Assembly: GCA_964472675.1 (NCBI GenBank)
Contig: CAYYLO010000001.1
Location: 21,704-85,703 of the forward strand
Length of the DNA stretch: 64,000 bases
DNA from: an uncultured Gammaproteobacteria bacterium
GTDB taxonomy: Bacteria > Patescibacteriota > Microgenomatia > UBA8517 > UBA10165
Direction of reading: 5' to 3'
This document shows positions 28,913 to 37,135 of this stretch, one piece after another. The notes under the pieces were generated by a model that had not been told where the DNA came from, made no database searches, and saw only the letters and a program-made list of their open reading frames with translations. Made by a program: the position numbers and the translations under genes. Numbering within the stretch: the stretch's first letter is position 1; the number at the start of each line of letters is the position of its first letter.

Positions 28913-30446
28913 TGATGTACCTTTCCGTTAATGTCCTTTTTTGAACAACTACTTGTCCAAAATGCTTTTCTTCCGCTATCGTTGATCTTGAATCTTCCTC
29001 ACCGATAGTTTCTTCGAAGTATCGCCCCGGTATTCCTTGGGCAGGTTCTAAAATCAGAAAAAAGGTTTTTGTTGGGTGTTTAATATAGTGAAGTGTTGCC
29101 AGCTGTCCAAACTGTTCTTGGCCGTGCCACCGGGGAACATAGCCATATTTGTTTTGCCCATACCACTGATATAAGTATGTCCACACAATATTTATCCACA
29201 AAGGACTTGTTACCGAGTTGATGCTAAACACCTTGTCTGGAGACGACATATACGTATAATCCATCGCCGGAAGCTGATTCGAAAGAGTCATTCCTTTTTG
29301 AATTGAAAAAATTGTTTGTCCTTTCCAATTCTCGGAAAATATCTTTAAAGTGTTGGCCCCTACTATTAATAGCAGTATGACAATGGCCAGAACCCCACTT
29401 CTGTTAAACAACTTCCACAAAAGTATTCCCACCGAAACTGCCATTCCAGCGCCAATCCCCACAGCCACAAACGGCGTGCTGGAACCGCCAAAAGGTACTG
29501 CAACAATGTGTGCAACTATATATGTTGATAAAAACAACTGCCAGGAAAAAACCTTTCGTTTTTTCTCCTTATACCAGTCAAAGATGACCACGACTAAAAT
29601 TCCAATTAAAATGTATTTGCCCCAACTTGGATGGTTTGGGAGAAACGAATTGCCGGTTACTATTCCCAGCTGTTCCCAAAAAATGCGGACAAAGTCATGT
29701 CCTGCTTTTGAACTTATGAGCCTATCTTCTCTAAAGAGCAGATTGGATATCCCCCCAATCGCAGGAAATCCATATTTTACCTCCGCGACAATCATGCTGG
29801 AAATACCAAAAATAAGACTTGCAAAGAATTTTAGAATGTCCTTAATTTTGACTTGACGGCGGGAAACCACAATCCACAAAACCACAGGCCAAATGTGATA
29901 GCCTAAAAAAATGTCCGACTGAATACTAAACCCCAATGCAAGTCCAGCCAAAAGCGCGCCCCACGATTTGTTTTCTTTTAACCAAAGCCAAACACCCAGG
30001 TAAATTGCAGGGACAAACCAAATCCCCATTGTTGGATTTGATAGCCATACCGCGTACTGCGACGCTTCAAATGAAACAGCGAACAATACTGCCGACATAA
30101 GGGCCGGGAAAACTTTTTTGGTAATAACCCAAGTCAAATAAAAAAGAATAAAGATCGCAGCGGCGTTAAAAAAAGCCAGCCAATAAGCGGCAATAAGCGG
30201 GCTTCCGTGTCCAATTAAATATGCCGGTGCAAGGAAGTAATAATACAAAACACCGTGACTTAAGCCGGGAGTTGACGCGGGAGGCCCCTGGATTTTCAAG
30301 TGACCGTTAAGAATTTGCTCTGCAGAATAAGCATCCCGCGCCTGGTCATATCCAAACGTTAACGCTTTTTGGGGAAGATATAAAACGCGCAAAAAATAAG
30401 CGGCGGCAAAAACCACCAAAAGCAGAGCAAGCACAGGTTTTTTCAT
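28899..30446 (-). CDS. ArnT/GT83-like (PMT_2) GT-C membrane glycosyltransferase
   Basis: TFGYDQARDAYSAEQIL loop motif (D-x-x-R-D as in ArnT DExRY) shared with the 56788 and 59300 paralogs, plus conserved IGP.TS..G...GP.YYYF. Start at MKKPVLALLLVVFAAAY with a GAGGAA RBS; track ORF extends to 30548. Confidence 0.65.
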   Translation of the reverse strand: MKKPVLALLLVVFAAAYFLRVLYLPQKALTFGYDQARDAYSAEQILNGHLKIQGPPASTPGLSHGVLYYYFLAPAYLIGHGSPLIAAYWLAFFNAAAIFILFYLTWVITKKVFPALMSAVLFAVSFEASQYAVWLSNPTMGIWFVPAIYLGVWLWLKENKSWGALLAGLALGFSIQSDIFLGYHIWPVVLWIVVSRRQVKIKDILKFFASLIFGISSMIVAEVKYGFPAIGGISNLLFREDRLISSKAGHDFVRIFWEQLGIVTGNSFLPNHPSWGKYILIGILVVVIFDWYKEKKRKVFSWQLFLSTYIVAHIVAVPFGGSSTPFVAVGIGAGMAVSVGILLWKLFNRSGVLAIVILLLIVGANTLKIFSENWKGQTIFSIQKGMTLSNQLPAMDYTYMSSPDKVFSINSVTSPLWINIVWTYLYQWYGQNKYGYVPRWHGQEQFGQLATLHYIKHPTKTFFLILEPAQGIPGRYFEETIGEEDSRSTIAEEKHFGQVVVQKRTLTERYINEFQ

Positions 30447-30469
30447 TAGTTCCTCAAGCCTAAGTATAT

Positions 30470-32977
30470 CTACTCCTTGGGTTGGTTGCCAAGGCAATTG
30501 ATACCCAACCATAAGACCAATATAAAAAAAGATGCTCCAGCTACCCACAGCCCAAGAAAGAAAGATTCCGGCTCATAGCTAAACTTCACTTCATGCGTTC
30601 CCTTGGGAACTTCTACTGCCCGGAAAGCGTAATTTGCCCGCAGTATCTTCTTTTCTGCGCCATCAACATATGCCTTCCATCCTGGGAAGAATGTATCAGA
30701 TATGAACAGTAGGCCATTTTGGCTGGTACTTACACCTAACTCACTTTCAGTTTCTTTATAATCCAGATAATTGACTTCGCTACTCCCTCCAGCCTGCATA
30801 TCAAAATCAGGTATTTTCTCTAAGATAATCCTTTTCTCCAGCGGAAAGTTTGGCGCAAGAATTTTATCCAATGTGCTTGTGCCTTGGTTTATTTCAAACT
30901 CATATACCATAAAAGCCCGAGGTAATGCGTTTTTGTTCTCTATAATTGCGACCGACTTATCTTCAAAAACAATCGGGAACTGTTTTGGGGAAAACTCTGC
31001 TGAGATTTTTCCAGTCGGATCCGGCTGATTTTTTGAATTTCTTTTAATAACCAAATCATACTTTACATTCACCAAATCTAAAACTCGCTCAGTTTCGTCG
31101 CCTATAGTTCCATATCTTCCAACGGGATCTGTTCCGCTTTTTTTGCTAGTTATAGCGGCAATGAATTGAGAAATACGCAAGGGATAAACAGCATCATACC
31201 CCTCAATCGTCTCAATTTTATACGGCATGCGCATGTTAATTGGAATGACTTTTGACCCAGTTGTACGGAAAGGTTTCTCCTGGCTTTGCAAATAATCCAA
31301 AACGGGAGTTGTAGGGAAAGCTATATTGCGGGGGGAAAACGGTGTAAATTTCCAACCGAAGCGGAAAAGATCAAGAATTGATAAAATCAACAAAACAGAA
31401 AACGTCGAGTTTCTAACCAATCCCCCTATCTTTTGTCTATTTCCAAACCACACTAAAACACAGGATGATATCAAAATCCCAGCCGGCCAAACAAGATTCC
31501 TTAAACCAACTTTGTATTTTTCAAATCCATGTTCCAGCGGACTGTAAACATTTGGGTTAACAGTACTTAAGTAGAGCATCACAATTGTAAACGCACCAAA
31601 CCCTGCAGTAACAAGGAAAGGGAACATGTAGACCTTTAACGCAAATACTCTTTCTCTCAAGAACTTCTCAGCCCCTATGCCCGCAAGTAAGCTCACACTT
31701 AAATTAAAAAGGACCAATGATCTGTGAGCCGATGCGGCGTTCAAACCAAACCAGCCGCTTTTCCAAAAGAATATTGACAGTGGCGTTGGAAAGGCAAGCA
31801 AAAGTGAAACAACCATTAACACAAAGCAATATTTTATTTCTTTGTGCTTTCTTAAAAAGAACAACGCGATTGTCATAAACACAAAAGAAATCGTCCCGAC
31901 AAACCCAGTGTTTGATGTATAATCCTGTGGTCCCCAATAATTCTGAGTCGAGTGATTGCCAAAATAATCCGGTGCAAAAAAAGTAATTACTTTTCGGAAG
32001 GGAAGAAAAGCCCATTCAAAAGGGTGCGGTTCAACCTCTCTTTGAGATAATTTCAATAGTTGGGCGCCCGGCAGAATTTGAAAAGCTGCAAGTCCTAACC
32101 CTAAAGCTCCATATATTCCCAACCCAATAATATTTTTATTGAAACGGAAAAGTGCGAACAGTCCTAAGGCAATACCAGTGTAAAAAACAACCTGTGGGTA
32201 ACCGGAAAGCACTTGAGTGGCAACACCCAAAGAAAAAAGTACTCCCACCCACCACCTTGGCTTTTTAACCCACATATCAACAAGCAGTAATAGAAGTGGA
32301 ATAAACGCCGCAGACAAAGTATGTCCGTTCCATTGCGACCAAATGAGATTAAATCCTGAAAAGGCATAAATTGTTCCTGCAAAAACCGATCCTAGTTTGG
32401 AAATTTTCCAACTTCTCAGCAAAAGGTAAGTGAAAAATGCCGCCAAAAAATGCTGTAGCATAATTTGGATGCTCCAGGCGGTCAAACGGTCGAATAGCCA
32501 GTAAACAAGGTTGGTAGGAGAGAATGGAGCAGACTGAAAATTGGCCAAAAGCGGAGTTCCCGCCAAGATGTAAGGGTTCCATAGCGGCCATTGTCCACTT
32601 TTGAGCATATCAATTGCCAGCATTTGCATTGGATAGATAAACGAAACGACGTCTGTAGTCATAGGATTTTTAACCGGAACACCGGTAGGATAACCCCACT
32701 TATAATCCAACCAAGGGTAATAAACACCAACTACAAAATCTGAAGGAAGTGGAATTTTACCCGAGAAAACCGGATAGAAGAACACACAAATAAAGAAGAT
32801 AATAACACCAACAGGCCAGTTGAAGCTCCAAATACTCAGAAGCTTCGTCCGAATTGTTTCGGCGGAAATCCGCCGAAGCTTCTGCGAAGGCGAACTAGCC
32901 CTGAAAAACTTTAAGAATATTTTTTTGGAATTCGGCGATCGAGAACTTTTTACTTGTTTTTTGCGCTTCTTTGGCAA
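30470..32977 (-). CDS. YfhO-family GT-C membrane glycosyltransferase
   Basis: 835 aa; N-terminal YPVFSGKIPLPSDFVVGVYYPWLDYKW...WPLWNPYILAGTPLLANFQSAPFSP and C-terminal FFPGWKAYVDG...GTHEVKFSYEP beta-sandwich typical of YfhO. The first ~45 codons overlap the upstream GT4 and a palindrome, so the true start is uncertain. Confidence 0.75.
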   Translation of the reverse strand: MPKKRKKQVKSSRSPNSKKIFLKFFRASSPSQKLRRISAETIRTKLLSIWSFNWPVGVIIFFICVFFYPVFSGKIPLPSDFVVGVYYPWLDYKWGYPTGVPVKNPMTTDVVSFIYPMQMLAIDMLKSGQWPLWNPYILAGTPLLANFQSAPFSPTNLVYWLFDRLTAWSIQIMLQHFLAAFFTYLLLRSWKISKLGSVFAGTIYAFSGFNLIWSQWNGHTLSAAFIPLLLLLVDMWVKKPRWWVGVLFSLGVATQVLSGYPQVVFYTGIALGLFALFRFNKNIIGLGIYGALGLGLAAFQILPGAQLLKLSQREVEPHPFEWAFLPFRKVITFFAPDYFGNHSTQNYWGPQDYTSNTGFVGTISFVFMTIALFFLRKHKEIKYCFVLMVVSLLLAFPTPLSIFFWKSGWFGLNAASAHRSLVLFNLSVSLLAGIGAEKFLRERVFALKVYMFPFLVTAGFGAFTIVMLYLSTVNPNVYSPLEHGFEKYKVGLRNLVWPAGILISSCVLVWFGNRQKIGGLVRNSTFSVLLILSILDLFRFGWKFTPFSPRNIAFPTTPVLDYLQSQEKPFRTTGSKVIPINMRMPYKIETIEGYDAVYPLRISQFIAAITSKKSGTDPVGRYGTIGDETERVLDLVNVKYDLVIKRNSKNQPDPTGKISAEFSPKQFPIVFEDKSVAIIENKNALPRAFMVYEFEINQGTSTLDKILAPNFPLEKRIILEKIPDFDMQAGGSSEVNYLDYKETESELGVSTSQNGLLFISDTFFPGWKAYVDGAEKKILRANYAFRAVEVPKGTHEVKFSYEPESFFLGLWVAGASFFILVLWLGINCLGNQPKE

Positions 32978-33944
32978 GTTTGATCCTCCTCCTTTCGTCT
33001 TTTATCAATTCCATTGTCAGTTTTTGCAAAGTCGCAGTTGTATCCCACAACAAACCATTTTTGTTGTTTTGAATAATTTCTTTATGCCCCCCCCGATCAG
33101 CCACAACTGGCACACATTGCGCACTCATTGCCTCAACTACACTCATCCCAAAATGCTCCACCTGTTGAGGGTCGCGCTGACTATCCACTCCAAGACCGGA
33201 AGCCGACCAAAAGATTTTGGCTTTACCATAAGCTTTCTGAACTTCATCCAAGGGCAGGTTCTCCAAAATATCGACAGGATACCCTTGAGCCATATTCTTC
33301 AAAGTCTGGACATATTCCCGACCTCCTATTTCACTTCCGCCTATCAACATTAATCGCCACCCTTTCAAGCCTTGCTCGCACATCTTGCAAAAGGCTTCTA
33401 TTAATATGTCCTGCCTTTTATGTTGTTGCAATTGTGAGTAGCGCCCCACATATAAAATAATATTTTCCTTTTTACGGGAAAGAAAAATATCCGTATTAAC
33501 AGGTGGATAAACAACTTGTGAGTTTACATTAAATTCCTGATCAATCACATTTTTTGTAAAGTTAGAGTTACAAACAAATTCATCAATCTTTGTCTTCTTT
33601 AATCTATTAACTAACGCCTTCCCGTTAACATCTTTAAATGGAGTTTGAAAATGAACTACGTTTTTTCCACCTAAAAGGAAAGGTACGCTACCATCAGAGA
33701 GCCAAAAAACCAGGTCGTAGCCCAGCCCGTGGTTAAGGGAGTTGACAAACGAAATGCCTGAAAAATTTATGCCCAGGCGCTCTGTCAGCCACTGGGAAAT
33801 TTTGGCGTCTTTCCACCACACATCAACCTTGTAACCTTTATCCGCCAAAATCCGAGCAGTTGTAAGCATATATCGCTCTCCGCCACCGGCAGTATCTAAG
33901 TAAGGATCGAAAATAAGTGCTCTCATATAAGTATTAAAAATCAA
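32895..33944 (-). CDS. GT4-family glycosyltransferase
   Basis: MRALIFDPYLDTAGGGERYMLTTARIL N-terminus and FGMSVVEAMSAQCVPVVADRGGHKEII C-terminal domain. Confidence 0.85.
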   Translation of the reverse strand: MIFNTYMRALIFDPYLDTAGGGERYMLTTARILADKGYKVDVWWKDAKISQWLTERLGINFSGISFVNSLNHGLGYDLVFWLSDGSVPFLLGGKNVVHFQTPFKDVNGKALVNRLKKTKIDEFVCNSNFTKNVIDQEFNVNSQVVYPPVNTDIFLSRKKENIILYVGRYSQLQQHKRQDILIEAFCKMCEQGLKGWRLMLIGGSEIGGREYVQTLKNMAQGYPVDILENLPLDEVQKAYGKAKIFWSASGLGVDSQRDPQQVEHFGMSVVEAMSAQCVPVVADRGGHKEIIQNNKNGLLWDTTATLQKLTMELIKDERRRIKLAKEAQKTSKKFSIAEFQKNILKVFQG

Positions 33945-33975
33945 ATATTAAATATCAAAAACACATATAAAAAAT

Positions 33976-34356
33976 TTAAATATTCCTTTTCCCTTTAAGC
34001 GTGAGAACACTAGAACCAAAGGTATTGGAAATTTCTGCAAGCTCTTTCAAAAACCAATTGGCTTCTTCAATATCGCATTTGCCTGCGTCTTTTAGGACAG
34101 AAAGCCACACCTTGCTTTCGTTAGCAGATTTAAGGCACCTCTCGAAGTAAACTATTAATTCCCGTTTGGAGCTTGAAGCCAACCCTTCAATATAATTGGA
34201 TAAGATGCTTGTTCCACTGCGAGTAAGCTGGTCAGCAATTATGCGACACACTACATCTTTCATATTAAGCGTGCCAAGGAACTTAATGAGCCTGAGGATA
34301 AATTTATACAATCTTTCTTTAAATTCTTTTTGTCTTTTTACTTTGTCTATTTGCAT
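33976..34356 (-). CDS. Four-helix-bundle protein (TIGR02436; 23S rRNA intervening-sequence protein family)
   Basis: SGTSILSNYIEGLASSSKRELIVYFERCLKSANESKVWLSVL matches the family hallmark ANESKYWL region. About 126 aa from the ATG immediately after the upstream stop; track ORF extends to 34404. Confidence 0.8.
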   Translation of the reverse strand: MQIDKVKRQKEFKERLYKFILRLIKFLGTLNMKDVVCRIIADQLTRSGTSILSNYIEGLASSSKRELIVYFERCLKSANESKVWLSVLKDAGKCDIEEANWFLKELAEISNTFGSSVLTLKGKRNI

Positions 34357-34357
34357 T

Positions 34358-35233
34358 TTAATTTTTGATATTTGAGTTTCTTTGAAGCTCATAGAGCTTC
34401 GCATAAGTTACAAACCTGCTCCACATTTGATAAACGCCATACAAAATCCCTTCCGTGCCATCCAAAATACCACCCATAACGACCAAACGGTACCACAACT
34501 CTTGTGACATGATTCTTGCAAATCTCCACCACGCCATTGGAGGGTGATTGGCCTTAAAAAGAAGTTTTGCCTCAAAAACTGAATACCTGTTTGTTTTTTC
34601 TATCATGTCCGAAAGAGAATCTTCTTTGTGGTGAATTAGCGCGTTTGTAAGTGTTCCTACTTCCCCATTAATAACCGGTTGTTCATGGAGCTCGCCTTCC
34701 CAGCAAACAAGCGCCTCTTTTTTCATCAGCCGCAAAACATAGTCCGGCCAAAACCCACCATGCTTTAACCACCTTCCAAACACGTGATTTTTGCGGGGTA
34801 TCTTATAAGCGTACAAGGAACTATCAAGTGCACGGGTGGCGGGAGCGGAGGGAGTCCCACCGAGTGACCGCAGGGAGCCTGCGACCGAGGACGTCGGGTG
34901 GGACGAGCTCCCGACAGGACCCGAAGCAGGTGGTTTGACAGAACCTACAATATACTGAATTTCTTTAGCTAACTCTTGGGTCACTTCCTCGTCATAATCA
35001 ATATAAAACAACCAGTCGCCCTGAGCATGTTTTGCCGCTTCGCCGCGCCATACTGCAAAGTTGTTTCCTTTGCTGTTAACAATTTTTGCCCCGTATGTTT
35101 TGGCGATTTTTATTGTGTCGTCCATTGAGCCGGTATCTAAAATCACTATTTCGTCGGCTAGCTTTTTAACAGAGTCTAAACACTGTTCTATTTTGCTTTG
35201 GGCATTTTTGGTAATAACAAGAACGGATAACAT
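34358..35233 (-). CDS. GT2-family glycosyltransferase carrying an in-frame GC-rich low-complexity insertion
   Basis: MLSVLVITKNAQ...ILDTGSMDDT...IDYDEE GT-A core; paralog of 36156..37115 (shared SVKKLADEI). Contains a ~38-aa Ser/Gly/Pro-rich insert (PASGPVGSSSHPTSSVAGSLRSLGGTPSAPA) absent from the paralog. Confidence 0.8.
   Translation of the reverse strand: MLSVLVITKNAQSKIEQCLDSVKKLADEIVILDTGSMDDTIKIAKTYGAKIVNSKGNNFAVWRGEAAKHAQGDWLFYIDYDEEVTQELAKEIQYIVGSVKPPASGPVGSSSHPTSSVAGSLRSLGGTPSAPATRALDSSLYAYKIPRKNHVFGRWLKHGGFWPDYVLRLMKKEALVCWEGELHEQPVINGEVGTLTNALIHHKEDSLSDMIEKTNRYSVFEAKLLFKANHPPMAWWRFARIMSQELWYRLVVMGGILDGTEGILYGVYQMWSRFVTYAKLYELQRNSNIKN
34831..34933. repeat. GC-rich (~70% GC) imperfect-palindromic element, copy A, inserted in-frame in a GT2 gene
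   Basis: About 80% identical to 53829-53952. Arms gggagtcccac (34850-34860) and gtgggacgagctccc (34898-34912) are inverted complements; it encodes the extra peptide that is absent from the paralog. Confidence 0.75.
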
Positions 35234-35236
35234 TTT

Positions 35237-36145
35237 TTACTTTGAAAAACTCCCCTTCCCAAAATTTGCTTTGTAGAAATCAAACACACCTCGTCTTTGC
35301 CATTTTCGCCCTGATACCATAAGCTTGACGCTCTCCCGTATCAAAGCAATCTTAGAGCGGGGAGGGGCATATCTTAAACCAAAGAGTAATCTGTTTCTCG
35401 TGATGTAGTAATCGTTTAAGTCACTCCCTATCCCTGAGCTTTGGGAAACTTTATGCCAAAGAAATGCATTAGGCACTAAGATAACTGCCCACCCGGCTTT
35501 CCTGGCTCTTACAGAAAAGTCCGCATCCTCTAAATATAGAAAATATTTCTCATCAAAATATCCAACTTTTTCAAACACTTCGCGCCTGATAAACATGCAG
35601 GCGCCTGTCGCAAAGTCAATTTGGGTAACATTTTGATACTGGCCGATATCGACATCGTCAACTCCGTAATTTGAGCCCATCACATTTTTCCAGTCCATAA
35701 TTCCTCCTGCGTACCAGATAACTTTCCCAAGTTCGTTTTCTTTATACCAGTCTTTGTGGTACTCAAAACCTTTCGAAAAATAAATTTTTGGAGATAAAAT
35801 TCCAGCTTTTTTGTTCTTCTCCGCCGCGTCCACCAGATCAACTATTAAATTTTCTTCGACAACTGTGTCATTATTTAAAATTAAAACAAAATCTGCGCCA
35901 CCTTGAACTGCATACTTTGCGCCAACATTGTTGCCTCCTGCAAATCCTAAGTTTTCTCTGTTCTCTAAAAGAACAATTCCTTTTTGTTTTTTGAGTTGTT
36001 TTACTGAATCATCTGTAGAATTGTTATCAACAACTATAGTCTGCAGGTTGCAATCGGCAGACTGCAAACTTTTAACACTTTTCAAGCATTCAAGCGTATC
36101 TTTAATTCTGTTCCAATTAAGGATTACTATAGATACTTGGTACAT
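35237..36145 (-). CDS. GT2-family glycosyltransferase (rhamnosyltransferase-like)
   Basis: VSIVILNWNRIKDTLECL ... VVDNNSTDDS ... ILNNDTVV ... YLEDADFSVR. Confidence 0.85.
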   Translation of the reverse strand: MYQVSIVILNWNRIKDTLECLKSVKSLQSADCNLQTIVVDNNSTDDSVKQLKKQKGIVLLENRENLGFAGGNNVGAKYAVQGGADFVLILNNDTVVEENLIVDLVDAAEKNKKAGILSPKIYFSKGFEYHKDWYKENELGKVIWYAGGIMDWKNVMGSNYGVDDVDIGQYQNVTQIDFATGACMFIRREVFEKVGYFDEKYFLYLEDADFSVRARKAGWAVILVPNAFLWHKVSQSSGIGSDLNDYYITRNRLLFGLRYAPPRSKIALIRESVKLMVSGRKWQRRGVFDFYKANFGKGSFSK

Positions 36146-36155
36146 TGCGTGTATG

Positions 36156-37115
36156 TCATCGCGAGCCGGAAGAGCAGCGATCTCTCAAGATAAGCTTTCT
36201 TAGAAACCTTTGTGACAAGCCATATTTTCGGATCCCAGACTGCTGCATCCAATAATCCATCTCATATTCAGCCTTTGCAAAAGCTTGATCAAGTTCAGTT
36301 TTTCCTAAGCCCTCGTTTTTAAATCCCTGCACCTCCCAGACTTTAATAACTACAACCATTTCAGAAAGAGCCTGCAAAAGCGCTAAAGCTAACCCGTGTA
36401 CTCCATCTTTGTACCCTTCACCCGCGAAGAAGCGACTCAAAAACTCCCCCATGGGTTTTTGTATTAAATCAATCCAGGAAAATTTGTACCCTTTTTTTGC
36501 CAAATCTTTTGCCTGAACTTCTGTATAGCGAAGCATACGTGTTAAATAATCAGAAACGCCACTGTAGTTGTAATGGATTATTGCCAGCTTTTCCTCGGGC
36601 GGGATATCTGCTCCCTCTCCTTCTGTTTGTGGAACTGAATGAATTGTGTCCAACCAGACGACTGCACCCTTTTTGAAAAACCTTATATTGTAGTCCGGCC
36701 ACCAGCGGGAATGCTGAAGCCATTTGTCAAAAACGATATTTTTCCGTGGCAACCTGTAAAAATCAGCGAGGTCTCGCCTTAGAGGCATCTCCCTAAGTTC
36801 CCGGGAAAGAGCTAAGGGAACCTCTTCGTCGGCATCTAAGATTAAAATCCAGTCACCGGTAGCCTTACTAATAGCAAAGTTGCGCGCGGGTTCAACGTAT
36901 CCAGTGGGTTTGTGTGTGTAAACTTTAGCCCCCGTCTTCTTGGCAATCTCACGTGTTTTATCCGTCGATTCCATGTCGACAACAATAATTTCGTCGGCTA
37001 GCTTTTTAACAGAGTTTAATGTTCGAGGTAAATTCTTCTCTTCGTTTAAAGTGTTGATAACAACGGAAATCTTTGCCACGCTTAAATTGTACACGAACTG
37101 CGAGAGCCGTGTCAT
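36156..37115 (-). CDS. GT2-family glycosyltransferase
   Basis: ISVVINTLNEEKNL ... VVDMESTDKT ... ILDADEE; paralog of 34358..35233 without the insert. Confidence 0.85.
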   Translation of the reverse strand: MTRLSQFVYNLSVAKISVVINTLNEEKNLPRTLNSVKKLADEIIVVDMESTDKTREIAKKTGAKVYTHKPTGYVEPARNFAISKATGDWILILDADEEVPLALSRELREMPLRRDLADFYRLPRKNIVFDKWLQHSRWWPDYNIRFFKKGAVVWLDTIHSVPQTEGEGADIPPEEKLAIIHYNYSGVSDYLTRMLRYTEVQAKDLAKKGYKFSWIDLIQKPMGEFLSRFFAGEGYKDGVHGLALALLQALSEMVVVIKVWEVQGFKNEGLGKTELDQAFAKAEYEMDYWMQQSGIRKYGLSQRFLRKLILRDRCSSGSR

Positions 37116-37135
37116 CCTGAGCGTTCAGAATGACG

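Noticed and set aside
30262-30300. GC-rich patch encoding GPPASTPGLS in the ArnT-like gene, considered as another copy of the GC-rich insertion element
   Set aside because: The peptide aligns with the conserved IGP.TS..G...GP.YYYF block of paralogs 56788 and 59300, so it is ancestral sequence, not an insertion.
32857-32878. Stem-loop ttcggcgg-aaat-ccgccgaa as a rho-independent terminator
   Set aside because: No downstream U-tract on either strand; kept only as a possible intercistronic structure.
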